Positions 28,202 to 38,678 are shown, numbered from the stretch's first letter. The stretch is 64,000 nucleotides of DNA from an uncultured Candidatus Entotheonella sp. (GCA_965217185.1 OZ244252.1:3104001-3168000); one strand, 5' to 3'. The notes: a model not told the origin generated them from the sequence alone. Translations and numbers: made by a program.

Positions 28202-28775
28202 GACTCAAAGTCCCTGCCGCGCGGGCTTGAATACCAGCGGCTACCTTGCCCATTTGCTGCCGAAGATGCTGGCAGACAACGGTTGGCCGCAGCGCCACGA
28301 CGATGCCGAGCGCCAGCCACACCACCGGATCAGGCCCGTACTTCAGCACCGGGAGAAGCGGCCAGAGCAGGACAAGGCCCGCTTGGGCCAGAAAGTCCAG
28401 CACCCCGTCGCCGGCCGCCCACGGCACGAACGGCGCTACGCCTGCCACAGGGTCAGCGGCTGTCGCGTCGAAGGCGTCGCCGATGATGTTCGGCACGAAG
28501 GCAACCGCAATCCCCGCTCCCAGGCCGCTGACGCCCAGGCCCATCTTGCCCACTACCACCATGCCGATACCGGCAATGGCCAGGATCATCGCCAGCATCT
28601 TGCCGACGTTGCCTTTCAGATACGCCTGCACCGTATTGGCGAAGCTGTCCAGGCCGCCCAACGTCACCGCCGTACCGCCCGTGATCGTACCGGCCTCGAC
28701 CAGCCAGCCTTGCATGTTCCCCAAGAACGTCAGGCAACCCAGGGCCAGGAACCAGAAAACGTACCGACGAGTCAT
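28191..28775 (-). CDS. TraA/TrbC/VirB2-like pilin with C-terminal extension
   Basis: LKGNVGKMLAMILAIAGIG...AFVPNII pilin core; first gene of the operon; AAGGAG RBS. Confidence 0.65.
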   Translation of the reverse strand: MTRRYVFWFLALGCLTFLGNMQGWLVEAGTITGGTAVTLGGLDSFANTVQAYLKGNVGKMLAMILAIAGIGMVVVGKMGLGVSGLGAGIAVAFVPNIIGDAFDATAADPVAGVAPFVPWAAGDGVLDFLAQAGLVLLWPLLPVLKYGPDPVVWLALGIVVALRPTVVCQHLRQQMGKVAAGIQARAAGTLSRVG

Positions 28776-29330
28776 GACTTGCTCCTTTTGATTCACCCGA
28801 CAGCCCATGTCGAACTGCCGGGCTTGCATAGCTTGATACCAGCAAAACAGGTTGTTGAACGACCAGATCAACAAGCGAGGCGGGGCGCGGGGAAATTGCG
28901 GTGGCATAAGGAGGAGGGATTTAGTTGTAAGGATGCCCATCGTTTCTCACCACTGATCGACAGACCTGTTCTGCCCAGGTTCAGGCGGCATCGCGCGCCA
29001 CTTCCAGTAGTTGCTGAGGGCAGCCATGCAGCGTTTCATGCCGCTCAGGAGCAACTCTACGAACCGTTCGCCCATCGTTCTTCCCTTTCATGGATTCCGA
29101 CCTCGAATACAGCACCAAGTGACTGCTACCGACCCCATTGTTTCCCTCGCCGTCGGTCGTCCACTCCGTAACGTGCTTGCCACCCCCCACCAGGAGCCCG
29201 CTCGATGCGACACCAAGGAGGCTCCTGGCAGTCCCGTCGATGTGTGCTCAACACCTTAAGGAGGCGTTGACAGCGACTGCCGTTTGTGATGCCTTTCTGT
29301 ATCGTGCCGATTCATCGGCGGGGCCGGTGA

Positions 29331-29858
29331 ATGTCCGTCCCCGACGCCACCCGGAGCAGACTGGAGGCTATGGATATGCAATCCCAGGACAAACTGGCCG
29401 ATTTACTTCGGGCCTATATCAAAGAGGAAGCGCCCGGCGACATCTGGCAGGTGGTCAGCGCCGACATCTCCACCGTTCTGAGAAAACTCATTGCGCTGAG
29501 CGCCGAGTGCCAGCGCGCCAAGCTGGAACTGGATCGGCTGAAGAAGGGCCTGGAGCCCCTCGGCGATAATTCCTCCTTGCACACACAAATGCGAAACAGT
29601 ATATTACAAAATATACATGATACGGGAGGAAACGTCGAAATGAATGCAACGATCGTTAATCCCTCGGAATCGGAGGGATTTTTCCTGGCCCCGGGCCAGA
29701 CCGTCAGGCTGCCGCAGAGCGCGAAGAGCGCTCTCAAGCGGCCCTTTTTGCACTGGTGCAAAGTCTGCAATGAGCTGTCGCGCAGCAACAATGCAGATCC
29801 GGCAACCTGCCCGAGGCGGGAATGCCGCTCGGCATTCTGGAGAACGGGGAAATTCTGA
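29331..29858 (+). CDS. Hypothetical protein with C-terminal Zn ribbon
   Basis: CKVC...CPRREC; divergent from the tra operon; start uncertain. Confidence 0.55.
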   Translation: MSVPDATRSRLEAMDMQSQDKLADLLRAYIKEEAPGDIWQVVSADISTVLRKLIALSAECQRAKLELDRLKKGLEPLGDNSSLHTQMRNSILQNIHDTGGNVEMNATIVNPSESEGFFLAPGQTVRLPQSAKSALKRPFLHWCKVCNELSRSNNADPATCPRRECRSAFWRTGKF

Positions 29859-30080
29859 GGGGTGAATTCACAGCAGGGACTGGCGAGGACAACAGATCAT
29901 CAGACCTGGAAACGACTCGGCAGCGTACAGTTGGAGAAACCCAGACGGGAATGGCACCAGAGCCAGTCTCAGCGAAAACGGTGTCAGGCAAATAACTCTA
30001 ACGAGACAAATACCCCCACCTACAGGATGCTCTTCATAGGCAAATGCGACGCAGACAAGCTGATAGACAGGAGGGGAACG

Positions 30081-30446
30081 ATGTCCCCGGGACAGCAACT
30101 TCAGAGGCTGCTCGCTGAGATCCCCGGCTATGAAGCTGACGACATCGTGAACTTGCTGCCTCTTGCCGCCGCCCTGCAAAGCGCCCTGTACGCCCGCATC
30201 CTCGCACTCCAACAACGAACCGTCCTTCCCGAGACCGATTACCTCCTGAACACCGACGAAATCGCCAGCCGCCTCGGCACGTCCACCAAGTGGGTCCGCG
30301 ACAACATCGAATCGCTGCCCTTTGCCTTTCAGATAGGCAGAGTCCGCCGTTTTTCAGCCCGTGGTCTGGAAGAATGGATTAGCGAACATCGGGCGGCTAG
30401 AATAGCCGCGGCACTGCCCCCCGAAAGGAGGCAGTATGCGAGGTAA
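30081..30446 (+). CDS. Excisionase-like HTH protein
   Basis: LLNTDEIASRLGTSTKWVR...LPFAFQIGRVRRF...LEEWI; AGGAGG RBS; overlaps the integrase start. Confidence 0.8.
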   Translation: MSPGQQLQRLLAEIPGYEADDIVNLLPLAAALQSALYARILALQQRTVLPETDYLLNTDEIASRLGTSTKWVRDNIESLPFAFQIGRVRRFSARGLEEWISEHRAARIAAALPPERRQYAR

Positions 30447-31467
30447 TGGAAGGGTTTTTCAGCGCGGTCAGATTTGGTGGGTCTCCTATTACCACGACGG
30501 GCGAGAACATCGTGAATCGTCGAAGTCGCGGCAGCGCAAGGATGCCATCAGGCTGCTCCGCCAGCGCATCGGAGACATCGCGGCGGGAACGTTTCGACCT
30601 CTGCCTGCATCTGGCCGAACAGCCACAAGACCCGTCACGGTTCATGACCTGCTCGACCTGCTCGAGTACAACTATCGGCTCAACAATCGATTGGGCAAGT
30701 CAAACGCAACTTATTTGAAACGGCTACGCCAGCGTTTCACAAGCTACACGGTCCACGCTTGCACCGGCCTGGCCATCAGTCATTACATGGACGCAATGCA
30801 GCGGGCAGGTCGAAAAGCATCAACCATCAACCGCGAAATAGCGGTTCTCCGTTCTGCTTTCCGACTCGGATACCGACACGATATCGTGGGCAGGGTGCCA
30901 GCCATCAAGCTGTTGCCGGATTACTCGGTACGCAACGAGTTTTTCACCCGTGTGGAAATCGATGCGTTGCTTCCCTACCTGCCCAACTACCTCCGCGACG
31001 TGGTCCTGTTCGGATTCCTGACCGGTTGGCGTAAAGGCGAAATCGCCAGCCTAAAATGGGCGAACGTCAACCGCGGGGCTGCGGTGATCCGGTTGGAGCC
31101 GGAGCAAAACAAAGGGCGCACAGTGCGGGTTCTGGCCTTGCAGGGCGAATTGACGGCACTCATCGAGCGACGCTGGCGCGCCCGAAAAGTCGGTCAGACG
31201 CTGGCACAACACGCATTCCACCGCGATGGCCACCCTCTGGGCGATTTCCGCCGCTCTTGGCTTGTGGCCTGCCGTAAAGCCGGTTTAGGACACCGGTGGT
31301 TCCATAGCCTACGCCGCAGCGCAGCCCGCAACATGTCCCTGCAGGGCATTCCCGAGAAGGTCATCATGTCGATCATGGGCCACAAGACGCGCGTAATGTT
31401 CGACCGTTACAATATCGTCACCGAGTCGGACCAGCGCGAGTATGCAAAGCGGCTATTCGGGCCGTAA
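30436..31467 (+). CDS. Tyrosine recombinase / integrase
   Basis: TGWRKGE (R), K, HSLRR, MGHKT...RY catalytic set; N-terminal arm-binding domain. Confidence 0.93.
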   Translation: MRGNGRVFQRGQIWWVSYYHDGREHRESSKSRQRKDAIRLLRQRIGDIAAGTFRPLPASGRTATRPVTVHDLLDLLEYNYRLNNRLGKSNATYLKRLRQRFTSYTVHACTGLAISHYMDAMQRAGRKASTINREIAVLRSAFRLGYRHDIVGRVPAIKLLPDYSVRNEFFTRVEIDALLPYLPNYLRDVVLFGFLTGWRKGEIASLKWANVNRGAAVIRLEPEQNKGRTVRVLALQGELTALIERRWRARKVGQTLAQHAFHRDGHPLGDFRRSWLVACRKAGLGHRWFHSLRRSAARNMSLQGIPEKVIMSIMGHKTRVMFDRYNIVTESDQREYAKRLFGP

Positions 31468-31612
31468 CACGGACAATGACGCGGACAACCTGACAGTTGC
31501 AGCTGGCAGAGGGTTGATTCGTAAGGGGTTCTGGGTTTCAGTGGTTACATGTACAATGGGCCAGGTACGACGACAGATGAACGAATACTCGGACACGATG
31601 AGGGGAAGGACT

Positions 31613-32377
31613 GTGATTGAAACGGAATTGCGAGCGTTCATGGAGAAGCTGGCGGCGGCGAGCGGCGAGGTGATCCGGCCATATTTTGCCAGCGCGGATC
31701 TGGACGTGGAACTCAAGGGCGACCGCAGCCCGGTGACGCAGGCCGACCGCGAGGCGGAGGCGGTGATGCGGAAGCTGATCGGCCAGCATTACCCGCAGCA
31801 CGGCATCGTCGGGGAGGAGTTCGGGACGGAGAACGACGGGGCGGAATTCGTGTGGGTGCTCGACCCGATCGACGGCACCATCTCGTTTGCCAGCGGCTGC
31901 CCGTTGTTCGGCACGCTGATCGGGCTTCTGCATGAGGGAAAGCCGGTGCTGGGGGCCATCCATCAGCCGATCCTGGAGCAATTGTGTATTGGAGATAACG
32001 CGAGCACCACGTTGAATGGGCGCGCCGTGCGGCTGCGGGAATGCCAGCGGCTGGACGAGGCCACTTTGTTGGCGACGGATTTGGGCAACATCGCGCGGCA
32101 TCAGAACTTCGAGCACTTCGAGACACTGCGGCATCACACCCGGCTGTTTCGCACCTGGGGCGACTGCTTCGGCTATCTGCTGCTGGCCGGCGGCGGGGCC
32201 GACGTCATGCTCGATCCCATCATGAATCCGTGGGACCTGCTGCCGGTGATTCCGGTCATTCGCGGCGCCGGCGGGGTCATCACGACGTGGACGGGAGGGG
32301 ATGCTGCTAGCGGCACCTCGTGCGTGGCGGCGAACGAGACCTTGCACCCGCAAGTCATCGAACTGCTGAACGGTTAA
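31613..32377 (+). CDS. hisN: Histidinol-phosphatase / inositol monophosphatase family
   Basis: SPVTQADR, GEE, WVLDPIDGT, WGDCFGY, WD. Confidence 0.85.
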   Translation: MIETELRAFMEKLAAASGEVIRPYFASADLDVELKGDRSPVTQADREAEAVMRKLIGQHYPQHGIVGEEFGTENDGAEFVWVLDPIDGTISFASGCPLFGTLIGLLHEGKPVLGAIHQPILEQLCIGDNASTTLNGRAVRLRECQRLDEATLLATDLGNIARHQNFEHFETLRHHTRLFRTWGDCFGYLLLAGGGADVMLDPIMNPWDLLPVIPVIRGAGGVITTWTGGDAASGTSCVAANETLHPQVIELLNG

Positions 32378-32389
32378 GGGAGGAACGAC

Positions 32390-33055
32390 ATGGATTTGGT
32401 TCACACCATCTACGAGCCGCCGGGCGACGGTCCGCACCCGACGCTGCTGGTCCTGCACGGCTGGGGAGCCAACGCCCTGGACCTGCTCGGCCTGGCGCCG
32501 CATCTGGCCGCCGGGCGCTTTCTCGTCCTGTGCCCGCAGGGGCCGGTGCAGACACCGCTGGGACCCGGCATGGTGGGCTACGGCTGGTACCCGCTGATTC
32601 CCGGCACGCCACCCGAGCCACAGGCGCTGTGGACGGCGCGCGAGCACATTCAGAAATTTCTCGACGCGGCGATGGAACGATACCCGATTGACGCCAAGAA
32701 GCTCGGTATCGTCGGCTTCAGCCAGGGCGGCGTCATGGCCTACACCCTGGCGCTCGGCGCACCGGAACGTTTCGCCGCCCTCGCCGCTCTCAGCACCTGG
32801 TGCCCACCCGAGGCGGTCGAGAACGTTGCCGACCCCGACACCCTGCGGTACCTGCCTACCCTCATCCAGCACGGCTCCCGCGACGAACTCGTTACCGTCG
32901 ACCGCGCCCGCGAATCGGTTGAAACCCTCCGCGCCCTGCGCCTTCCCCTCACCTACCGCGAATACGACATCGGCCACGAAATCAACCACCGCAGCCTCGC
33001 AGACCTCTCGGAGTGGCTGCGCGACCACGTCATTTCGCCCGTCATTGCGGTGTAA
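32390..33055 (+). CDS. Phospholipase/carboxylesterase
   Basis: LHGWG, GFSQGG, HGSRD, GHEI. Confidence 0.88.
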   Translation: MDLVHTIYEPPGDGPHPTLLVLHGWGANALDLLGLAPHLAAGRFLVLCPQGPVQTPLGPGMVGYGWYPLIPGTPPEPQALWTAREHIQKFLDAAMERYPIDAKKLGIVGFSQGGVMAYTLALGAPERFAALAALSTWCPPEAVENVADPDTLRYLPTLIQHGSRDELVTVDRARESVETLRALRLPLTYREYDIGHEINHRSLADLSEWLRDHVISPVIAV

Positions 33056-33065
33056 TTTGGAAGAT

Positions 33066-33095
33066 GTAGGTCGGATTAGCGCCGCGTAATCCGAC
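33066..33095 (+). repeat. GTAG-type REP palindrome
   Basis: GTAG-GTCGGATTA...TAATCCGAC between convergent genes. Confidence 0.8.
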
Positions 33096-33105
33096 GTTCC
33101 GCTCC

Positions 33106-33864
33106 TCAGTGCGACAGAATCTGACTCAGAAACAGGCGGGTGCGCTCGGACTGCGGGTTGTTGAAGAAGGCTTCGGGCGGGCTCGCTTCGATGATCTCGC
33201 CGGCGTCCATGAACGCCACGCGGTTGGCGACCTGGCGGGCGAAGCCCATTTCGTGGGTGACGCAAAGCATGGTCATGCCGGACTCGGCAAGGTCGATCAT
33301 CACGTCGAGCACCTCGGAGATCATTTCGGGGTCGAGCGCCGAGGTGGGCTCGTCGAAAAGCATGATGTTGGGCTGCATGCACAGCGAGCGGGCGATGGCC
33401 ACCCGCTGCTGCTGGCCGCCGGAGAGCTGTCCCGGGTACTTGGCGGCCTGCTCAGGAATCCGCACCCGCTCCAGGTACTGCATGGCCAGGTCCTCGGCGT
33501 CGCGCCGCGGCCGTCCGCGCACCCACATGGGCGACAGGGTGCAGTTCTCCAGCGCGGTCAGGTGCGGAAACAGGTTGAAGTGCTGGAACACCATCCCTAC
33601 CTCGCGCCTCACGGTGTCGATGTTCTTGAGATCGTTCGTCAGTTCCACGCCGTCAACGATCAGGCGGCCTTGCTGGTGCTCCTCCAGCCGGTTGATGCAG
33701 CGGATCAGGGTGGACTTGCCGGAACCCGACGGCCCGCAAATGACAACCCGCTCCCCCCGCGCCACGTCCAGGTTGATGTCGTTGAGCACGTGTAGCTGAC
33801 CATACCACTTGTGCACGCCCTGCATTTGCACCATCGTTCCGGCGCTCGCGGCAGATGCGGCCAT
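33106..33864 (-). CDS. aapP: Amino-acid ABC transporter ATPase
   Basis: [24 protein letters not shown]. Confidence 0.92.
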   Translation of the reverse strand: MAASAASAGTMVQMQGVHKWYGQLHVLNDINLDVARGERVVICGPSGSGKSTLIRCINRLEEHQQGRLIVDGVELTNDLKNIDTVRREVGMVFQHFNLFPHLTALENCTLSPMWVRGRPRRDAEDLAMQYLERVRIPEQAAKYPGQLSGGQQQRVAIARSLCMQPNIMLFDEPTSALDPEMISEVLDVMIDLAESGMTMLCVTHEMGFARQVANRVAFMDAGEIIEASPPEAFFNNPQSERTRLFLSQILSH

Positions 33865-33898
33865 GCAGGTTCTCCTTCATCAGCCCGCAAGGGGCGGT

Positions 33899-34975
33899 TT
33901 AGTGTTGCTGTTCGCTGCGGAACTGTGTTTCCAGGTACTGGCTGTACTTCGACATGAAGAAACACACTATGAAGTAGATCACGGCGATGAACACGTAACC
34001 CTCGATGAAAAACCGGCGCCACAGCGGGTCGGCGATGGCTTGGCGCATGGCCAGCAACAGGTCGGTGAGGCTGACGATAGCCACCAGCGAGGTGTCCTTG
34101 AATAATCCGATGAAGATGTTGACGATAGCCGGGATGGCCACCGTAATGGCTTGCGGCAGGATGATCTTGCGCCGTGCCTGCCAGTAGCTGAGGCCGAGGG
34201 CGTGCGCCGCTTCGTACTGGCCCCTGGGGATCGCCTGCAGGCCGCCGCGCACCGCCTCGGCGAGGTACGCTGCCGAGAACAGGATGATGGCTGCCTGCGC
34301 CCGCAGGACTTCGTCGATGCCGACGCCCGCGGGCAGGAACAGCGGCAGCATGAAGGAGGCCATGAATAGCAGGCTGATGAGCGGCACGCCGCGAATGAGT
34401 TCGATGTACACGCGGCACAGGATGCGGATCACCGGCATGCGCGAGCGCCGGCCCAGGGCCAGGAAGATCGACAACGGAAAGGCGACGGCCAGGCCGATGA
34501 CGGTGAGAATGAGTGTCAGCGGCAGGCCGCCCCACAGGTTGTTGGGGACGAACGTCAGCCCGGCAACGCCGCCCCACATCAGCACCAGCCACGCCGCCAG
34601 GGCCACGGCCCACGCCTCGGCCAGCCGCAGGCCCCAGGCGTTGTGGTTGCAACTGACGCCGATCATGCCCACCAGCAGGACCAGGCCCAGCAGCGGGCGC
34701 CAATGCTCCTCGTACGGGTAGCGCCCGAACAGGATGAGGCGATGCTTTTCGTGAATCATCGCCCAGCAGGCGCCGCTGGCCTCCTTGCAAACGTCGGGGT
34801 CGGCAGCCCACCACACGGCGTGCACCAGCCCCCAATCAAGCAGCGACGGCAACACCCTGGCGAGCAGGAACAATGCTAGCAGCGTCAGGATGGTATTGAA
34901 CCAGCTGTTGAACAGGTTGGCCCGCAGCCAGGCGACGGCGCCGAGCCGGACCCGGACAGGTGCGGTTTCGGCCAT
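33899..34975 (-). CDS. aapM: Amino-acid ABC permease
   Basis: WLRANLFNSW, WGGLPLT, EAA loop. Confidence 0.9.
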   Translation of the reverse strand: MAETAPVRVRLGAVAWLRANLFNSWFNTILTLLALFLLARVLPSLLDWGLVHAVWWAADPDVCKEASGACWAMIHEKHRLILFGRYPYEEHWRPLLGLVLLVGMIGVSCNHNAWGLRLAEAWAVALAAWLVLMWGGVAGLTFVPNNLWGGLPLTLILTVIGLAVAFPLSIFLALGRRSRMPVIRILCRVYIELIRGVPLISLLFMASFMLPLFLPAGVGIDEVLRAQAAIILFSAAYLAEAVRGGLQAIPRGQYEAAHALGLSYWQARRKIILPQAITVAIPAIVNIFIGLFKDTSLVAIVSLTDLLLAMRQAIADPLWRRFFIEGYVFIAVIYFIVCFFMSKYSQYLETQFRSEQQH

Positions 34976-34977
34976 GA

Positions 34978-36153
34978 TCAGCGCTCCACCAGGGCGACGT
35001 GGCGGTCATACACGTTCATCACCGCGGAAATGGACAGACTGATGGTCAGGTAGACACCCATCATGATCGAAATGCACTCGATGGCCTGGCCGCTCTGGTT
35101 CAGCGAGGTATTGGCCACCGACACCAGGTCGGGATAGCCGATGGCCACCGCCAGGGAACTGTTCTTCATCAGGTTGAGGTACTGGCTGGTGGTCGGGGGA
35201 ATGACGATGCGCAGGGCTTGGGGCAAGATGACCAGGCGCAGAGCGGTGCTGCGGCGCAGTCCCAGGGCCGCAGCCGCCTCGCTTTGGCCGTGCGGCACCG
35301 CCTGAATGCCGCCGCGCACGTTTTCGGCAATGAAGGCGGCGGTGTACAGGACGAGCCCGGCCAGCAGCGAGAGAAATTCCGGCGTAATGCTGCTGCCGCC
35401 GCGGAAGCTGAAGCGCGTGAAGACGGGAACGTCCATCGCCGTCGGGGCGCCGCTGACCAGCCACGCCAACAGCGGCGGCCCGAGGATCAGCCCCAGCGAC
35501 GGCAGTAGCAGTTTGGGCACTTGGCCGGTGGCTTCCTGTCGCCGCCGCGCCCGGCCCCGATAGCCCCACGCCAAGCCGCAGCCAATGACGAACGCCACCG
35601 CCATGTACGGATGGCCGGCGTGCGGCACCGGCGACAGGAACATCAGCCCGCTCTTGCTCAGGTACACACTTGGCAGCAATTGCATCGCCTGGCTCACCGG
35701 TGGCAACATGCCGGTGATTATCGTGTACCAGAAGAAAAGCTGCAGCAGCAGCGGCACGTTGCGCACCGTCTCGACATACAGCGACGCCAGCCGCACGACC
35801 AACCAGTTGCTCGACAGCCGGGCCATGCCGACCAGCACACCGACGAGCGTGGCGCACACGATACCCAGCAGCGACACCCGCAGCGTATTCAGCACCCCGA
35901 CGACGTAAGCGCGCCCGTAGCTGTCCGAGGCATTGTAGGGGATGACGCTCTCGCCGATGCGGAACCCCGCCTCGCGGCCCAGGAAACCGAAGCCGGTGCG
36001 GATCGAGCGCTCATTCAGATTGGCCACGACGTTGGAGAGGAAGTAGGCCCCGACGCCGATGACCAGCAACAGCGCGACCGCCTGATACAGCGCCAAGCGG
36101 AAGCGCTGATTGCGCCAGAAAACGACGGGAGCGAGTGTCGTCGGGGAGACCAT
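34978..36153 (-). CDS. aapQ: Amino-acid ABC permease
   Basis: TGFGFL..EAGF, RNVPLLLQLFFWY, KNSSLAVAIGYPD. Confidence 0.9.
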   Translation of the reverse strand: MVSPTTLAPVVFWRNQRFRLALYQAVALLLVIGVGAYFLSNVVANLNERSIRTGFGFLGREAGFRIGESVIPYNASDSYGRAYVVGVLNTLRVSLLGIVCATLVGVLVGMARLSSNWLVVRLASLYVETVRNVPLLLQLFFWYTIITGMLPPVSQAMQLLPSVYLSKSGLMFLSPVPHAGHPYMAVAFVIGCGLAWGYRGRARRRQEATGQVPKLLLPSLGLILGPPLLAWLVSGAPTAMDVPVFTRFSFRGGSSITPEFLSLLAGLVLYTAAFIAENVRGGIQAVPHGQSEAAAALGLRRSTALRLVILPQALRIVIPPTTSQYLNLMKNSSLAVAIGYPDLVSVANTSLNQSGQAIECISIMMGVYLTISLSISAVMNVYDRHVALVER

Positions 36154-36188
36154 GGGATGTGATTCCCGGGGCGAAAAGCGAGCCGGTT

Positions 36189-37211
36189 TCAGCGCAGCGG
36201 CATCGCGTACATCAGGCCGCCGTTCGTCCACAGGCTATTGGAGCCCACGCGTGGCAAGCCGATGGGCACCACGTTGCGGTCGTAAATCTCGCCGTAGTTG
36301 CCAACGGCCTGGATCGCCTGAACCACCCAGGCGTTGCTCAGGCCGAGCTTCTGGCCCATGTCGCCCGAGGTGCCGAGCAGGCGCTGAATCACCGGGTCCT
36401 GGTTGTCCATCATGGCCGTCACATTGGCCTGCGTAACGCCCTTTTCTTCCGCCTCGATGAGCGCGTAAACCATCCATTTGACGATGGCGAACCAGGCATC
36501 GTCACCGCGCCGAGTCACCGGCCCCAGGGGCTCCTTGGAGATGGTTTCGGGCAGGATGACGTAGTCGTCTGGGTTTGGTGCATCGGAGGATATGATGGCG
36601 GCAAGGCCCGAGCGGTCGGTGGTGTAGACCTGGCAGCGGCCGTTGAAAAAGGCAGTCTTGGCTTCTTCCAGGCTTTCGAAGACGACCGGCTTGAAGCTCA
36701 TGCCGCTGGCGCGGAAGTAATCGGCCAGATTCAGTTCCGTTGTCGTACCGGTCAGCACGCACACCTCGGCGCCGTCGAGCTCCGTGGCACTCTGCACACC
36801 GAGGTCGGCGGGTACCATGAAGCCCTGGCCGTCGTAAAACGTCACGCCGGCGAACACCAGGCCGAGGGAGGCGTCGCGCGTCAGCGTCCAGGTGGTATTG
36901 CGGCTGAGCAGGTCGACCTCGCCCGCTTGCAGGGCAGTGAAGCGCTGCTGGTTGGAAAGGGGTACGTAGGTCACCTTGGCGCCGTCACCGAGCACGGCGG
37001 CGGCCAGTCCGCGGCAGAAATCGGCGTCGAGGCCGGTCCAGTGACCGGTGCTGTCGGCGATGGAAAAGCCGGCCAAGCCGGTGCTGACGCCGCACCGCAC
37101 ACTATCGCGCGCCACGACGGCATCGAGGATCTCGCCGGCGTGTACCGTGCCGGCCAGCACGACCACCGTGAACGCGATGAACAGACAGACATAGCGGGTC
37201 TTGTTACGCAT
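36189..37211 (-). CDS. aapJ: Amino-acid ABC substrate-binding protein
   Basis: LSRNTTWT..RD, FYDGQGF, ISKEPLGP, VGNYGE. Confidence 0.92.
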   Translation of the reverse strand: MRNKTRYVCLFIAFTVVVLAGTVHAGEILDAVVARDSVRCGVSTGLAGFSIADSTGHWTGLDADFCRGLAAAVLGDGAKVTYVPLSNQQRFTALQAGEVDLLSRNTTWTLTRDASLGLVFAGVTFYDGQGFMVPADLGVQSATELDGAEVCVLTGTTTELNLADYFRASGMSFKPVVFESLEEAKTAFFNGRCQVYTTDRSGLAAIISSDAPNPDDYVILPETISKEPLGPVTRRGDDAWFAIVKWMVYALIEAEEKGVTQANVTAMMDNQDPVIQRLLGTSGDMGQKLGLSNAWVVQAIQAVGNYGEIYDRNVVPIGLPRVGSNSLWTNGGLMYAMPLR

Positions 37212-37311
37212 TGCAGTCCCTCCTTGGGTGTCGGTTCGGATTGTGGAGTTCATACAACCAGACTCCGTAGCATTTACCCACTATGAATTAGGGGGAGGGG
37301 AAAATCAATTG

Positions 37312-38580
37312 CTAAAGCGGCCTGAGCCGGTTGCGGCGCGGCGCCGCCAGCCACAGCCCCAGGCAGCCGAGCGCGCAGATGAAGACGGTGAGCACGAAGG
37401 CACCGTGATAGCCACCGTGGTGATCGTACCAGTAACCGCCCAACCACGCGCCGCCAAAACCCCCTATGCCCCAGCCCAGTTCCAGGACGCCCAGAATCGT
37501 GCCCAGATGTCGCGTCGGAAACAAATCTGCGGTGGCCGCCGCTTGCACCGAACCGTGCACGCCGTAACCGAGGCCGAAGCCCAGAGCATAGCCGTAAAGC
37601 CACCACAGAGCAGCGGGTGGGTGCAAGCCCGCCAGGCAGCCGATGCCGACCATGCACAGCACGGTGCCGATGGTGTAGATCGGCTCGCGCCCGAAACGGT
37701 CGGACAGGTTGCCCCACAGGGTGCTGCTGATCGCCCGCAGCAGGCCGGTCAGGCCGATCACCGAAGCGGCCAGCAGATCGGCAAAGCCGTTGTCTATCAT
37801 GTGCGCGAGTTGGTGCACGCTGGTGATATTCGACAGCCAGCCGATACTGCATACCGATACGAACAGGCCCCAGAAGCGGGCGGTGCGCAGGATGTCCAGC
37901 AGGTGCGAGATACCCAAGCGCGCCGGCGCGTGGGTTGCGGCAATCGGCGGGTCTGCGGTGGCGCCTTCGGGATGTAGGCCGATGTCCTGCGGACGATGGC
38001 GTTGCCACAGCGCGTTCAGCGGCGCCAGGATCAGGAACCCAACCACGCCGAGAACGGTGTAGGTCCAGCGCCAGCCGTTCAGGTCTACGAAGTACTGCGT
38101 GAGCGGCACGATGATCAAGGCTCCCAGGCTGGCGCCGCCCAGAACCAGACCGGCGGCGGTGCCGCGGCGGCGCTCAAACCATAGAGAGACCAGCGCCAGG
38201 TGCGGCGCGAATCCCGCCAGATTGAACCCCTGTGCCGCCAGCAGGCCCCAGCCGAGGCACAGGTGCCACAACGTCGTCGCCTGCGCCGTAACGATGAGCC
38301 CGCCGCCCATGCACAGGGCGCCAAGCGGAAACAGCCAGCGCGGGCCGTAGGCGTCGAACAACCGACCGGCCAGCCAGGCGGTGGCGGCGTAGCTGATCAG
38401 CCCAATGGAAAAAGGCAGGGAGGCCGTCGTCCGACTCCAGCCGAACTCCGACACGATGGCGGCGAAGAGCACCCCGGAGGCGAAGAAGATTCCCATGATG
38501 ATCATCATGGTGAGGCTGGCGATGGCGACGATGATCCAGCCGTAGTAGAAACGGGGCGTGCGTTGCATGGGAGGTTCCAT
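37312..38580 (-). CDS. MFS transporter
   Basis: About 12 TMs; GRLFDAYGPR and GNLSDRFGR motifs. Confidence 0.88.
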   Translation of the reverse strand: MEPPMQRTPRFYYGWIIVAIASLTMMIIMGIFFASGVLFAAIVSEFGWSRTTASLPFSIGLISYAATAWLAGRLFDAYGPRWLFPLGALCMGGGLIVTAQATTLWHLCLGWGLLAAQGFNLAGFAPHLALVSLWFERRRGTAAGLVLGGASLGALIIVPLTQYFVDLNGWRWTYTVLGVVGFLILAPLNALWQRHRPQDIGLHPEGATADPPIAATHAPARLGISHLLDILRTARFWGLFVSVCSIGWLSNITSVHQLAHMIDNGFADLLAASVIGLTGLLRAISSTLWGNLSDRFGREPIYTIGTVLCMVGIGCLAGLHPPAALWWLYGYALGFGLGYGVHGSVQAAATADLFPTRHLGTILGVLELGWGIGGFGGAWLGGYWYDHHGGYHGAFVLTVFICALGCLGLWLAAPRRNRLRPL

Positions 38581-38678
38581 TGAATAGAATAAGAAGGACA
38601 GCTAATTCCACCGAAGAAGCAGGAAATTTATCAAGGGCACGAAGGGACCGAATCGATATGGGCGTTGAACGTCGTTAC

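Larger units (their letters stand above)
18934..31560. mobile_element. Integrative conjugative element remnant (visible core; probably extends left)
   Basis: tra operon, xis and int; CGGACAA tandem repeats after int; housekeeping genes resume at 31613. Confidence 0.75.

Noticed and set aside
29260..29300. Promoter or oriT in the tra/regulator intergenic region
   Set aside because: A TTGACA is present but has no convincing -10 at the right spacing, and no nic-like motif could be supported.
31538..33382. 614-aa minus-strand ORF and similar long shadow ORFs (27363-29171, 46694-48157, 50501-52018)
   Set aside because: They are antisense to well-supported genes, have no motifs, and are expected in high-GC DNA.
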